A program made the translations under genes and the position numbers. DNA of 64,000 bases from Eledone cirrhosa (taxonomy: Eukaryota). The stretch lies in assembly GCA_964016885.1 (NCBI GenBank), contig OZ024743.1, positions 202,864,001-202,928,000 of the forward strand. Direction: 5' to 3'. A model generated the notes under the pieces. That model saw only the letters and a list, made by a program, of their open reading frames with translations. It had not been told where the DNA came from and searched no databases. Of the stretch, positions 26,378 to 40,588 are shown piece by piece. Within the stretch, counting starts at the first letter, position 1; each line of letters opens with the position of its first letter.

Positions 26378-26689
26378 ACATACACATACACATGCACCAC
26401 ATACACACGCACACACACACACATATATATAGTGTGTGTGTGTGTGTGGGGGGGGGGGTATAAACACATTATATAATTATGAACCAATCAAGCTGTTCCG
26501 AATTTCAGAAAATGTATATATATTAGGTTAAGACAAAGCAAACGGAACACAAACAATAGATAGTTAAAAACATAAACATTAAAGTCGCCATTAATAATCT
26601 ATTTGGTTCAAATAATGAATAATGTTTATGATAATTTAAATTTAAATATACATATATACATAGATACATAATTACAAACATTCACACAC

Positions 26690-26778
<89 letters not shown>

Positions 26779-26899
26779 CTTAAATATACTAGCAGTGTAT
26801 CCCGGCGTTGTACGGTTATGAACATTGGTAATAGCACCTCCAATTTAGAAAGGTGTATTTGTGAGTACCTGTTAAAAACTCACGAACTGGACATGCTTA

Positions 26900-27123
26900 C
26901 TGACATCCAGAGTTGACTCTGCACTCAGTGCTCCTGCTGGAGCCCCTGCATGGACACATTGGAAGAGGAAGACCGAAGTTCACATATGTTGATGCCCTAA
27001 GGACAGACACGTTTGTTAGAGACGCAGGAGATGGCAGCAATAATGAGGGACAGAGACCGCTGGAGAGAACTCGTCCAAGGATCTCGGGAATTTTACCCGC
27101 CCTAGATAGATAGATAGATAGAT
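26900..27123 (+). mobile_element. RTE-type LINE 3' end with (TAGA)n tail
   Basis: [29 protein letters not shown] followed by (TAGA)n. A second short copy lies at 28102-28163. Confidence 0.75.
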
Positions 27124-27148
27124 TTTTGTGTGTATATTTATATATATA

Positions 27149-27261
<113 letters not shown>

Positions 27262-27354
27262 GTGTATGTGTGTGTGTGCATATGAGTTTGTATATGTATG
27301 TATATCTATACTTACATATAAAAGTGAAATTGTCTGTGCCTGTGTGTGTCCTCA

Positions 27355-27880
27355 TTTTTGCACCGTCAAGGAAGCACCAGAGATGTCGCATCCTCGTCGC
27401 GTGTTTGCGCATCATCAGCCACGGCAACCCCAGCCGTCGACGCAACGGGTTTTGACAGCAAATGGATCGTCTGAACGTGGGAGGATGTCCCTTCCATAAA
27501 AAGCGGAAGAAGAAGCGCTCCATTTTTGTCAGAGTTGGGCCGGGGCAAGGCACAATGGTTAAGTGGTAGCAGATGATGGATGCAATGAACGCAATCGCCA
27601 CCTCTGCCCGATCTTTCAGGGACAGCTTCCTCTCGGGCTATTTCTGGGTGAGAGAGGCCACCCTGTTCGTCACCTCGCTCCAGTTTTTCTCCATCAGGAG
27701 GTCCGGACCGAACCAGACCCCGAGCAATTTAACCGGTATTTCCCTCCAGCCCCCACGACGATATCGGGTGGCATGGACTTGCCTCTCCAGGTGCCGAGCT
27801 GGAAGCCCACCGACTTTTCCTTGTTTAACTTTGCTCCTGTCACTGCTTCATATTCCTTGAGAGCAGTGCCGAACATCTAG
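27355..27880 (-). mobile_element. Tx1/L1-like LINE RT fragment
   Basis: YEAVTGAKLNKEKSVG and FRFLWKG..RRSICCQ..LGLPWLMMRKHA. Homologous to 44740-45200. Confidence 0.85.
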
Positions 27881-28678
27881 ACATTTCCGGCGCTTGACCG
27901 GGCCGCTCTGATTATGCGCCTGTAGACTGAGGAGTGTAAAACTGAGAGAGGGCGCTTGCCCTGGTGGTCAGGGTGGGCGTGGTCTTTTGTGTGGTTTTCG
28001 CCACGAGTGACCCGCAGAAGTTTCACCTCTATTGCGGAATTTTTGAATTTTTTCATATTTCTATCTTCTTGTTATAACCATTTTTACACGGCCAAAACCC
28101 ACGCTGGAGAGAACTCGTCCATGGATCTCGGGAGTTTTACCCGCCCTAGATAGATAGATAGATATTTATATGTATATTTATATATATGTATATGTGCAAA
28201 CTGGATACTTCTAAATTGTTAGCAGCAGCAAGATATAAGCTGACCACTACAACAACAACAGTACCAAAATAATGGTGGTGGTCAAATGTACTGAACAATA
28301 GCAGGCAAAAACACTACAGGGAGCCTCACCCCAGAAAGAATTCTAAAGACTTCTGACTGAGGAATGCTCTCAGAACTGAACAATGGGAAGTTTGACACTT
28401 TTTTTGTTATTTTGTTCCTTTAACACCTTGTCTCTTCTACCATTTTATCAATGTTTAAGCTAACTCCAACAATAACAACAGTTAGAATGAGGAATGTTCT
28501 AATAACTGACCAATGAGAGGAGAAGGGGACCTGTGACACGAAAATTCGTTTGTTTGAATTCATATGACTCCAGTTCCCCAGTGAATTAACAACCCAACAA
28601 GGAACTGGGCATATCAGAGTATTGACAATATCATACACCTAAATAACATATGTACTTGTCTATACCATACTAATTCAA

Positions 28679-28733
28679 ACTGCCTGAAGAGGTCACAACC
28701 AAAGATGGCTGTCACTGAAATATATATAGCAGT
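28679..28733 (+). ncRNA. Hammerhead ribozyme in a PLE-like 3' end
   Basis: ACUGC-CUGAAGA-imperfect stem II-GAAA-UAUAUA-UA^GCAGU, followed by AATAAA. Confidence 0.7.
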
Positions 28734-28881
28734 AATAAACGAAGCTAAATTTTAATCATTTGACTTTTATTTAACTTTATTTTACACTACTCCGGAGTAA
28801 CCAAACCAACCTGCGCACTTCATCGAGTGCTCCAGCCTGCATATTGAGGTGTTGGTATACAACCAACATAAACTCAAAATC

Positions 28882-28929
<48 letters not shown>

Positions 28930-29178
28930 CATGTGTTTGAATATGTATGTATATCTATACATACAAATAAAAGTTAAATTGTCTGTGTATGGTTGTCCTC
29001 ATTATTGCACCGTCAAGGAAGCACTAGAGATGTCGAAGCCTCAGCGCGTGTTTGCGCATCATCCGCCACGGCATACCTAGATAGATAGATAGATAAATTT
29101 TTATGTGTATATTTATATATAAGTATATGTGTATATATATATGTGTGTGTATATGTGTTTGTATATGTATGTATGTAC

Positions 29179-29264
<86 letters not shown>

Positions 29265-29325
29265 GTATGTATATGTGTGTATATGTATATATGTATATAT
29301 ATATATATGTATATTTATATATAGG

Positions 29326-29367
<42 letters not shown>

Positions 29368-29611
29368 AATGTGGCGAAGATAATACGTCAGCAATGACGT
29401 GTGGGTCATAATGGCGTTATGCAGACAGTCAGGCTTACAGATAGATATTATAAGGGCGCGACGGAGATCGATAACCGGCGCCTAACACTACTTTAACTAC
29501 AGAAAATTGAAAAATAAAAGCTGCAGTTAATATCTTTAGACCGCAAGGAATATATATATGCAAGTTTGAAGTCAATGTGAGTACAAATGTTGATTTGTAT
29601 CGACTTTGTTA

Positions 29612-29642
<31 letters not shown>

Positions 29643-29658
29643 ACTACAGTTTTATATT

Positions 29659-29739
<81 letters not shown>

Positions 29740-29742
<3 letters not shown>

Positions 29743-30660
29743 TATTAAAAAAATAATGAATAAACAAAGAAACAGTTCCTTATATTAAACAAAAAAGTTC
29801 ATTATTTTACGATCGTTTCTAGGACATATATGTGTTAGAATTGGTATGCATATTCAAAAGATCTATGTACAAAATTATACAAACTATCAGAGAGAATATA
29901 CATACCTTCACATATATATGCTGTCTTCAGAAATAATGATGCTTGTTTATTGATAATAACAACAATTCAAAATAATAGATCTGTTTGGGAACAGATTTTG
30001 AATAGACCAATGAAATAAAGATACATAAAAATTTATCAAGAAAATACAGTTAGGTGTGTATATATGTATGTAAATACGCTCACTGATGTGCATAAAAGTG
30101 TATGCTCATATGTATACGTATAGTGAAAAAGTGTATGCAAATATAAAATTTAGGGCTAATGTATCTGTATGTCTGTAATCAACAGACAGAATATATATAT
30201 ATATATATATATAATAAGTATATGAATATTGAAGCGCTCACATAAACACGCCCACACACACTTACATTTAGATGCGGATGTAAAAGATGTAAGGGAGTAT
30301 AGTAATTAAAGGAAAGTGTCAATCTCGACATACTTATAAAAATGTATCAATAAATAAGAAATACAAAATTTTTTTATAGAAGGAAAAAACTCAAGAAAAG
30401 AAGACAAAAAAAGACAAAAAAAGGGTGGGGGGTACGTACATACACAGACACGCATGTCTCACAAAAGAAACATAAAAAAACATAAAAGAGAGACATAAAA
30501 TATACATGCTTATATACACACGCACATTTACACATCCATACGTTCGATATGTACATACATACACACACACATACACATACTTACACTCACGCATATTGAC
30601 CTGTTTGTATGCACACACATAAAAATAAGTAAAACATATACCCATACATATAAATATACA

Positions 30661-30710
<50 letters not shown>

Positions 30711-30849
30711 TACCCATGTATATATACAACAACACACACACACACACTCAGACATACATATATATAGACATATACACACATATATACACAGTCAGACACA
30801 TATACACATATATACACATACATACACACAGCTCTACACATACATGTAC

Positions 30850-30948
<99 letters not shown>

Positions 30949-32560
30949 TATACATATATATGCACACATATGTATTTTTAAACTCACATACAAACACACA
31001 TACATACATACACACTTACATACACATACACACATCCACGCTTACATATACATATAATTATTGGGGGGGGGGATTAAATTTATTAGTGGGAAATAGTAAA
31101 TATATAGGTTTCAAGGAACATAGAATACTAACCTGCAGTTAAAGCATTATATGTGTTTACTTAGTGGTATCAGTTTTAGGAAATGGTATTTGAAAGAAGG
31201 AAAGCCAAATTATGTATTTTAATATAAGTAGAATATTAATTATAGGTTAACTAAAATAAAAATAGTTAATATATTAATTTCTAAGGTGTATACTAATTAG
31301 GTTTATAATATTTAAAGTGGAATTTTGAAGTTAAACAGTAGTAGAGTATTAATTATAGCATAACTAAATTAAAAATAATTACATATATTTACATGATGGT
31401 ATCAATTTTAGGAAATGAATTTTGTAAGAGGGAAAGCCAAATTAAGTAGTTCATCGGTAGTAGATTATTAATTATAGGTTAATTAAATTAAAAATGATAT
31501 ATTAATTTCTATAGTATATGTTAATTAGGTTTATAATAATTAAAGCAAAATTTTGTATTCTATCTATAGTAGAATTTTAATTATAGGTTAACTAAATTAA
31601 AATTAATCTATATATTAATTTGTAAAGTGTATATTAATTAGGTATATATTTAAAAGTTTTTCTCAGTTTATGATTACACGATATTTTGCATTTAATCTGT
31701 ATTAGAATTTTAATTATAAGCTAACTAAATTAAAATTATAGGTTAACTAAATTAAAATTAATTTATATATTAATTTCTAAATTGTATATTAATTAGGTTT
31801 ATAATATTAAAAAGTATTTCTCCGTTTTTAATTACACGATATTTTGTTGTATTTCATCTGTAAAAGAATTTAAATAATAGGTTAAATAAACTAAAATTAA
31901 TCTATATATTAATTTCAAAAGTATATATTAATTAGGTTAATAATATTTAAATGTTTTTCTCAGTTTATGATTATACGATATTTTTTATTTCATCTGTAGT
32001 AGAATTTTAATTAAATTAAAATTATAGGTTAACTACTTTAAAATTAATTTATATATTAATTTCTAAAATATATATTATTAATTAGGTTTATAATATTTAA
32101 ATGTTTTTCTCAGTTTATGATTACACGATATTATTAATTCTTGTCGCTTATTTAATAGGATATCCTTAGATTTCATTATTTCAAATAGTTCTTGGGAACA
32201 CAATCTACATTCATTTCTATTATTTTGATAAGTGGTGGCTCTTTTGAGCACACTCCAGGTCATATCATATTCTATATTCCTCTTTCTATAATTATTAATT
32301 TTTTCTGCTAGAGATGTTGTATTAGCCAGTGCGGCATTTTTAAAACTATGTTTGTGGGTATTAAATCTTACCTTAAAATTGTTAGAAGTAGCTCCTATAT
32401 ATCAGCAAATAGAATCCTTAGTTTTAACTTTACATTTATATACTATGTTGTTAATGGGCAGTTTGCCTTGTTTCTACAGTTACAACCTTTCGTTAATTCT
32501 GTATTTGAGGAGATATTATGGCTAGTTTGATGTACTGGTGGTATACTTATGGTTTTTTTA
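29740..32560 (-). mobile_element. PLE family C, 5'-truncated: Zn-linker/GIY-YIG remnant plus long repetitive 3' UTR with HHR
   Basis: [11 protein letters not shown] and WSVLKRATTYQNNRNECRLCSQE..LLNKRQELIISCNHK. Second copy at 46715-49680. Confidence 0.85.
29800..29938 (-). ncRNA. Hammerhead ribozyme with a 104-nt stem-loop II
   Basis: CAUUAUUU-CUGAAGA-[104 nt]-GAAA-CGAUCG-UA^AAAUAAUG. Confidence 0.75.
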
Positions 32561-32566
32561 CATATA

Positions 32567-32639
<73 letters not shown>

Positions 32640-32657
32640 CCATACAAATATTAAGAT

Positions 32658-32712
<55 letters not shown>

Positions 32713-32789
32713 TGTGTGTGTTTGTGCATTGTATATACATGTATGTGAGGTTTGTATATATCTAATTCCCTGAATGAGTAATAGTATTA

Positions 32790-32893
32790 AGGATTTTTCC
32801 TTCTCCTGGAATTCTGCATTGACAAAGGCTAAGGTGTCATCTCTCCCGGTGATTTTGGATGGCCATTGACTCTTAAGAGCTCCTTTGCCCTTT
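32790..32893 (-). mobile_element. Fragment of bipartite RTE-derived element
   Basis: Matches 40945-41043. Confidence 0.75.
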
Positions 32894-32894
32894 C

Positions 32895-32950
<56 letters not shown>

Positions 32951-32952
32951 TG

Positions 32953-32999
<47 letters not shown>

Positions 33000-33017
33000 G
33001 TATATATACACACGCAA

Positions 33018-33048
<31 letters not shown>

Positions 33049-33317
33049 GTAAACAGATTATACTCTGTGTCATTTTGTATCTTTCTCACACGATCTATCT
33101 TTCCCAATTTCTTCAATATTATGAGAAGGACAGACACATCTTAATAGCATTATTCATCATTTAAATTGTAATAAAGCAGCCGTGTAGTAATTTAAATGGA
33201 GATTATACACAGCATAAAAATAATAGATTGATTCTATGATAGCATCCTTTCACATACATACATACATACATACATACATACATACATACATACATACATA
33301 CATACATACATACATAC

Positions 33318-33830
33318 ATGGTGGTGGCTGCCAACTCGTTTTCGAGTATGGCCACTACTTTATATCCATGTAGGAGAACCCCTACCGATGCGCTGAACGA
33401 GTGCGACTTTTTAGTCCAGCCAGCGACTTGAAAACTCTGGTACAAACACTACACTTTTGACAATTACTGACACATAGTGCTGGGCCCATGGTACCATGTA
33501 ACGACAAGTGCAGAGAGATCTCCAGATATAAAGCAATGCCTGTGCCGTGAAGCTTTTATAGTGAGCAAAGGCACTGCACAAAGCCACTCCCACTCTCTTA
33601 ACCAAGATGATATTTACCAAAAAGAAGAATAAGTCAACATCATTGGATACCATCAGGGTTGCAGGTGTTATATCAGAGTTTTCCTTCTCCTAGAATTCTG
33701 CCTTGACAAAGGCTAAGGGGTCATCTCTCCCGGTGATTTTGGATGGCCATTGACTCTGAAGAGCTCCTTTGCCCTTTGACAGGTTTTGTCAAAGGGCAAA
33801 AGAGCTTCCAAGAGTCAATGGCCATCCAAA
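33318..33830 (-). mobile_element. Non-autonomous bipartite RTE-derived element with (TATG)n tail and 5' fold-back
   Basis: Near-identical to 40589-41055. 33738-33830 forms an inverted repeat. Confidence 0.8.
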
Positions 33831-33920
33831 ATATATATATACATATATATATATATACACATACATACATACATATATATACATTCACATACATACATAC
33901 ATACATCCATACATACATAC

Positions 33921-34175
33921 ATGAAGATTAGCGAAAAGGAGAATATTTATGCAGAACTGATGAGAAATCTGCAGATATTCCACCCTGACAATACCTTCAG
34001 ATTTATGCCTGTGATTATTGGGGCACTGGGGTATGTTAGTAACTGCCTCAATACATATCTTGAGAATCTAAGCTTCACAGGAACAGAAAGAACACAACTA
34101 GTTAGGAAATTACAAGTACAATCCATTATGGAACAGTAAAAATATGTAAAACATTCCAAAAATGTTGCATTTAAT
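33921..34175 (+). pseudogene. R4/Dong-like RLE endonuclease C-terminal fragment
   Basis: EKENIYAELMRNL..FMPVIIGALG..LENL..LVRKLQVQSI/GTVKICKTF. Confidence 0.7.
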
Positions 34176-34807
34176 AACTGCATATACACATGTACAGATA
34201 CAGAGCATATACCCATGCCCACATACAACTCAAAACATACACATCCACACATACAATAACATCCATATCTACACATGCATGCATGCATACATAAACTACC
34301 TAGTTGATGTTGTGTAAATTCCAATGAGCGAGTCTTGAGTCTTTCTTAGAAGATGACCCTCTCTCTATTGGGAAAAAAATTTGTGAAATTATAAAACCAG
34401 AAGAACATACATATATATACATACATACATACCCGCACGCACAAACACATTCACACATATATATGCGTGTGTGTGCGTGTGTGTGTGTGTGTGTATTTAT
34501 GACTGCCTGTGTCTAAATGTGCCCGTGTATATGTGTGTATGTGTGTGTATATGTATATACACAAACATACACACATACACACACACACACACTCACACTC
34601 ACATACACACACGCACATATATATATATACGTATATATATATATATATATATACGTATATATATATATATATGTATATATACACACATATATACACACAT
34701 ATATATAGAAACATATATATACATATATATATATATGTATATATGTATATACACACAGACAAATATATAAATATATATATATATCGTTTTTTAATTTGTT
34801 TTGCAAG

Positions 34808-34843
<36 letters not shown>

Positions 34844-35671
34844 ATTAGAGTGTATGTGCTTGCTTTTCTATGCGTGTGCATACATACATACATCACTTTA
34901 CATGCAATAGAGTGATGGTTCACTTTAAAAGTATTGCTCTATACACTTATTTTTTAAATTTAAACTAATTGTATCTGAAAGTTAATACGCACCAAAAATA
35001 GAAGAAGTGGGATCATAGAGAATGTGCTGAACCAATGGCATATCAGATGTCACCGTTGATTTAACTCTAAACTTATCGTTGTACGTCCCTTTCCCTTTAA
35101 ATGCAATGTCGAATGAATCTTATTCCCTGGTGTGAACTTAGATCATCAAATCAAAGGTATGCTTGATTCGTTACGTGAATCACGAATCTACATTTATATA
35201 TGCAAGTAAGAGCAATCCCACACATCTGTCTAATTATGTATGACAACGAAACATGGATAAACATTATGTTTTCAATAATAGAGTGAATCTTGTGTTAAGG
35301 CAATAAATACATAGAAAGAAAAAGTATTTCTAGAAAAGATATTGTTTGCAGGAAGCTTTGGGTGATACGTAATATATAACAGGGTGTTCGGAAAGCTAGT
35401 ACAATGCTGATAGAAATATAAAGATGGTACTGTGGTATTATGATGTCAAAACAAGAGAAAATAATGTTTTTATACAATACATTCCATGATATTAAATGTA
35501 ATGACAATATTTTCAAATGAGCGGTGAACTCAGATCGGAACTATATAGAACAGAGTGGCTGTTGTTACTCACACACAAAACACAGGAAAAGTTCGTGAGA
35601 ACCGAACGTCCCATTGTTTCTTAGTTCATCGTTTACCATTTGAGAAGAAGGGTTTTACCTTAAATGTCATA

Positions 35672-35855
35672 TAATTGTTTCTACTTTTGGCACAAGGCCA
35701 GCAATTACCCAGTGCATTACTGGTACTTTATTTTATCGACCCCGTAAGGATGAAAGGCAAAGTCAACCTCGGCGGGATTTGAACTCAGATCGTAAAGGGA
35801 CGTAACTATGCTGGAAAGCATGGCGTCCGACCCTCTACCGATACTGCCAATCCAC
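35672..35855 (-). mobile_element. tRNA-derived SINE
   Basis: Full-length match to 24563-24751 and 51174-51364. Confidence 0.9.
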
Positions 35856-35979
35856 ATGCATTGGGTAAATATATTTCATAATATTTAAGGTAGAACATGT
35901 TCAACGAGAGAAATTAAAACGTTTTCTAAAACGAGAATCATTCCAAACCAAAAGAATGTTGTAAAACATTAAATGTCGA

Positions 35980-36600
35980 GATTGCGCATCGGCGTTTCTC
36001 TGAGGCACGGCCTCCGGATCTGCCAGTCATACCCATGTCGCTGCCGTTCCACCGTGGACTCCTTCGGCTTCCACCCGCTTTCCTGTCGCCACAGTATCGG
36101 CCGCATTACACGCCATGCTGCCCTCAACGAGGTCATTAAGCATGGATTGGACGCTGCAGGCTTCCCTTCCCAGCTCGAGCCGGTGAGGCTGGATCGAGGG
36201 GACGGCAAAAGGCCAGATGGCATAACCATCTTCCCGTTCCGTGGTGGCAAACCCCTCGTCTGAGATGCCATTTGCACCGACACTTTCTGCAACCGCAACC
36301 TGGTGCAGTCTGCGACTGACCAGGGTTGTGCTGCACGTCGGGCTGAGGAGGACAAACTCCTCAAATACCGACCGCTCTCCGACTGGTTTGCGGTCGTACC
36401 CCTGGCAGTGGAGACTTCTGGTGTCCTCGGCCCCATGGCTACCTCCTTACTCACCACCATTGGCGCTGAGCTGGCCAGCCGCAGGTGTGAGCCCCGCGAG
36501 TTGGCGTGGCTCTTCCAGCGCGTCTCCCTCGCCGTCCTCTGGAGAAACGCCTTCTCCATTCTGTCCGCCGGAGCTGTGAGTGGGTCCCATCGCGTACCGT
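35980..36600 (+). mobile_element. CRE-clade LINE 3' fragment (RLE domain, premature TGA)
   Basis: Highly similar to 22772-23390. TGG to TGA change at 36261. Confidence 0.9.
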
Positions 36601-37026
36601 TGTAGTTGTTGTAGAAGAAACAGGAAGACAACATCTAAACTAAAACTTTATATTCTTATATTAACCATTATGATACCAACCTGCGTCAAACTGTAGGCTA
36701 GATAATTTTCCACACCTTCCATAAAATATTTGAACCGAACTATTTAGACATTATTTTGATAAATTCAGATATACACCTCTAACACTGTTGCATTATATTA
36801 GTACATAGAATATCTAAACATCAACTACCTCACACTGAAGGGTGATTCCCGGCTCGGAACTCTAAACAACTAGATGTAAAATAATCGGAACTAAAATACA
36901 GAAAATATTTACTCTAAAAATAGTAACATTCCCATTTATTTGGTCCGTAGAATTTTGCGAGTAGAAACGCTGGCAAATTACATTGAGACTATGTGAATAT
37001 ATATATATACACACATATTTTATATA

Positions 37027-37100
<74 letters not shown>

Positions 37101-37156
37101 ATTATATATATAAATATATATATATATATATAATATTTATATATATATTATATATT

Positions 37157-37211
<55 letters not shown>

Positions 37212-37663
37212 ATGTGTGTGTGTGAGTGGGTTGCGTGTGCGTATGTGGCTATACATCTCTGTACTGTATTTATAAACATACACAGATTTATCACAGAATT
37301 TGAAGAATCAAAATTACTTTGTCAATCGATACCATATAATTTTATTCGGGAATATATTTATTTTTCCTTCTTCCTATTCTATATATTTATAATAGTATTA
37401 ACACATACGTTTTAAACTGTGTCAGAATTTATCGAACATTTATACAAAGTCAGTGATATAGATTACGATTTCATTTTGTTTCCCTCTAAAGAACAAACCT
37501 CATAAATACATACATATGTATATATATATATAAATATATATACATGCGTGTGTGTTTGTGTGTCAGAATGTTAGTGTGTGTGAGTGTGTGTGTGTGTGTG
37601 CCAATATATATGCATGTATATATTAGATAAATACATATATATATATAAATATATGTATGTATT

Positions 37664-37697
<34 letters not shown>

Positions 37698-38514
37698 TTA
37701 CACATGTAAATATATATATTTTATATATATATACTTTCATACATATAATCATGAGTGTGGTTTGTCTATGTAGACCTGTAAATTCATTATACGATAACGC
37801 TGTCTTTTTGGTCTATAATCTCTTAGAGATTTCCAATAACGATCGTGTGTTTAATCAAGAAGAATATCGAAATTGAATCAAAGGATTGGTATCGTCTTTT
37901 TCTTCCTCGAAAAAGCTCACAATATATTTTCTTTGTCGTGATTGAAGTTTACAATTGTAAGTTTGAAGTTAAGCCGTTGTCGATATTTGATTTATATCAT
38001 CTTCAATAGCGAGAGTATTACCAATATTATTAGTAAATTGAAATATTCGATTAAGCTTAAAACGAACAAATATAAACAAAAAGAAACATATTCGTTATCT
38101 CTTGAAATACAACAAAGTGAAATTATATAGTAAAATAGAAAGCAAATATATATTATATATTTGGGTTTTCAGTTAAAATAAAATAAAAAAAAAACAGTTG
38201 AGTTTGTTCTATTATCTTGTTATATGTCATTTTTCAAAGTATAAGTCAAGACCGATTAGTGTGTTTACACCTATTACTGACTGTCCATGGGTTTTTTGTC
38301 TCTCCGAAGCACAAGACTGTGCAATGTATTTTTTTAGAACAGCAGTCGCTCATACATATAAGTCGCTCCTTCCCACCACACCAATGTTATCCAATGTAAA
38401 CGCTAACCCGGATAAAGATTTGCAGGCATCAGTGTAGTCACAGCATATATTCTCCAATTGAGTGTACTAGAGGAAAATGAAATTATGAGTCAAAATAAAT
38501 GATATATTACACCT

Positions 38515-38580
38515 ATTGGACCGGGACTCGAACTCACGCCCTCACAAAAATTTTCCCAACACCCTAACCACTATATCGCG
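38515..38580 (-). other. Decayed tRNA-like sequence or SINE head
   Basis: TAGTGGTTAG A-box-like and GAGTTCGAGTCCC B box. The cloverleaf is not intact. Confidence 0.45.
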
Positions 38581-38951
38581 AGCCTTACTTTCCAACTATA
38601 TACGTATTTAATTCAAGCGGAAACTGATAGGGTGTGGCAAATACAATGGTAGGATTTATTATCGATTGGTGTACAAGCTACCTAGTCGATTTTTTTTATT
38701 TTCAATGAGGAAGCTGAAGCTGATCAAAAGAAAATTGAAAGCATCGATATATTGCAATTCTGGTGCGTTCCTCAGTATTTATTATCATACCTCTATCGTA
38801 ATCTTACCTCAGAGGATTACATATATACACACATACATATATAAATACATACATACATACTTACATACATACGTACGTAAATGCATACATACATTCATAT
38901 ATACATATGTAATTAGGCATATATATATATATATATGCATACTTATTTGTG

Positions 38952-39043
<92 letters not shown>

Positions 39044-40168
39044 CATATGTGTCTGCGCATGTGTATGTGTGTGTATGTCACGTATACTCTAATGGAAAAC
39101 TTGATTTAATAGGAAAGTAAATGATACGAGCATCATGTTTCCTCCACCTCTTCAGTGGTTAATGGACAGCCCAAGTGTATCAGAAAGTCTTCTGTCCGCT
39201 TCTTACCTAAAATTATTTAAGTTTTTTTCTCTCCCTCTCTCAAAATGGTTTAAACGGCTTTTAGATGGCATAAGTAAATGGTTATGAGCTGATAATATGG
39301 ACTACAAAAGGAGCGAAATATTATCACCATTCACTTCAGATTAATCTCGCTTTCAGTTAATCACATTATCAGTTAGAGGTTCTAACCCATTACAGAATTT
39401 GTTCACTGGACACATAGATCGAATGTCCATATATTGGTCATATATTGATTTATAAAGCGGTGGATAGGCAAAGAAAGGAATATTTCCTAGTAATAGATCA
39501 AATTTCTTTCTTTCTGTGTATTCTCATCAAACTCGGCACACATACATACACAGATACTAGCTTATATTCTTATATTATTACACATAAAAAAATACACGCT
39601 CATAAATATCCTCCACATGAAGGTTCGTATAAATAGCAACACAATATAAATTAAATATACTTCCATACATGTATACACAAACAGGTATACACACAAATAT
39701 AAATCGTTTCTTACCCTAACTGATATATATGTATGTCGTGCACGACATACCTAGGTAAGCCAAATATATACAGACACACACACGCACACACACACACACA
39801 TATATATATGTGTGGGTGTGTGTTTGTTATATAATTGTGTTTCTGTGCGTGCGTGCGTGTATGTATATGTATGAGAGTGTCTGTATGTATAGACATGTGT
39901 AGCATAAGCAGATGTTTGCTATCATCGTAACGTGAAAATGTGTCTATGCACATTATCATATGCAATTCACCATATTTAAGTGAGTGTAATACAAACTTCA
40001 TTAGCATAAATGCAATCAGAGGTGTGCAAATTCCGCTTTAAAATTATTTTAATGATATTGCTTGCGCCGCAGATTCCCATCAAACTATAAACATCATTTC
40101 CACATATATTCATATCATGTACAGACATGCTTGGCGTTTTATACATACATACATGCATACATACATAC

Positions 40169-40450
40169 ATGATGATGATGGTTGCCCCCTCCTTATCGAG
40201 TATGGCCATTGCACGATATACCATTATTAATAATAATTTATTAATTCTATCGTGCAATGCCTGTGCGTGAAGATATTTTTTAAAGTGACGAAAGACTGGG
40301 CACTGAGCCAATCCCACTCTCTGAGCGACAGTAGCTATAACCCGAAAAGAAGAAAAGATCAACATCATCGGTAACTACTGAGCCGCAGGTTTTATATCGG
40401 AGTTATCCCAGTTTCCTGAGTTGCCTTCTCCTAGAAGAATGCCCTGAGAC
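40169..40450 (-). mobile_element. Diverged RTE-derived element between (CATA)n tracts
   Basis: Patchy similarity to 40589-40960. Confidence 0.6.
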
Positions 40451-40588
40451 ATACATACATACATACATACATACATACATACATACATACATACATACAT
40501 ACATACATACATACATACATACATTTATACATATATATATATTTGTATACATACATACATACATTTATACATATATATATTTACATAC

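Noticed and set aside
36255-36270. In-frame TGA as selenocysteine recoding
   Set aside because: It replaces TGG (Trp) of the sister copy, so it is a simple nonsense mutation. The open PLE ORFs have a C-terminal GIY-YIG and no in-frame UGA, so they are not Naiad-type.
38515-38580. Functional tRNA gene
   Set aside because: The acceptor and anticodon stems do not pair, so it is kept only as a tRNA-like remnant.
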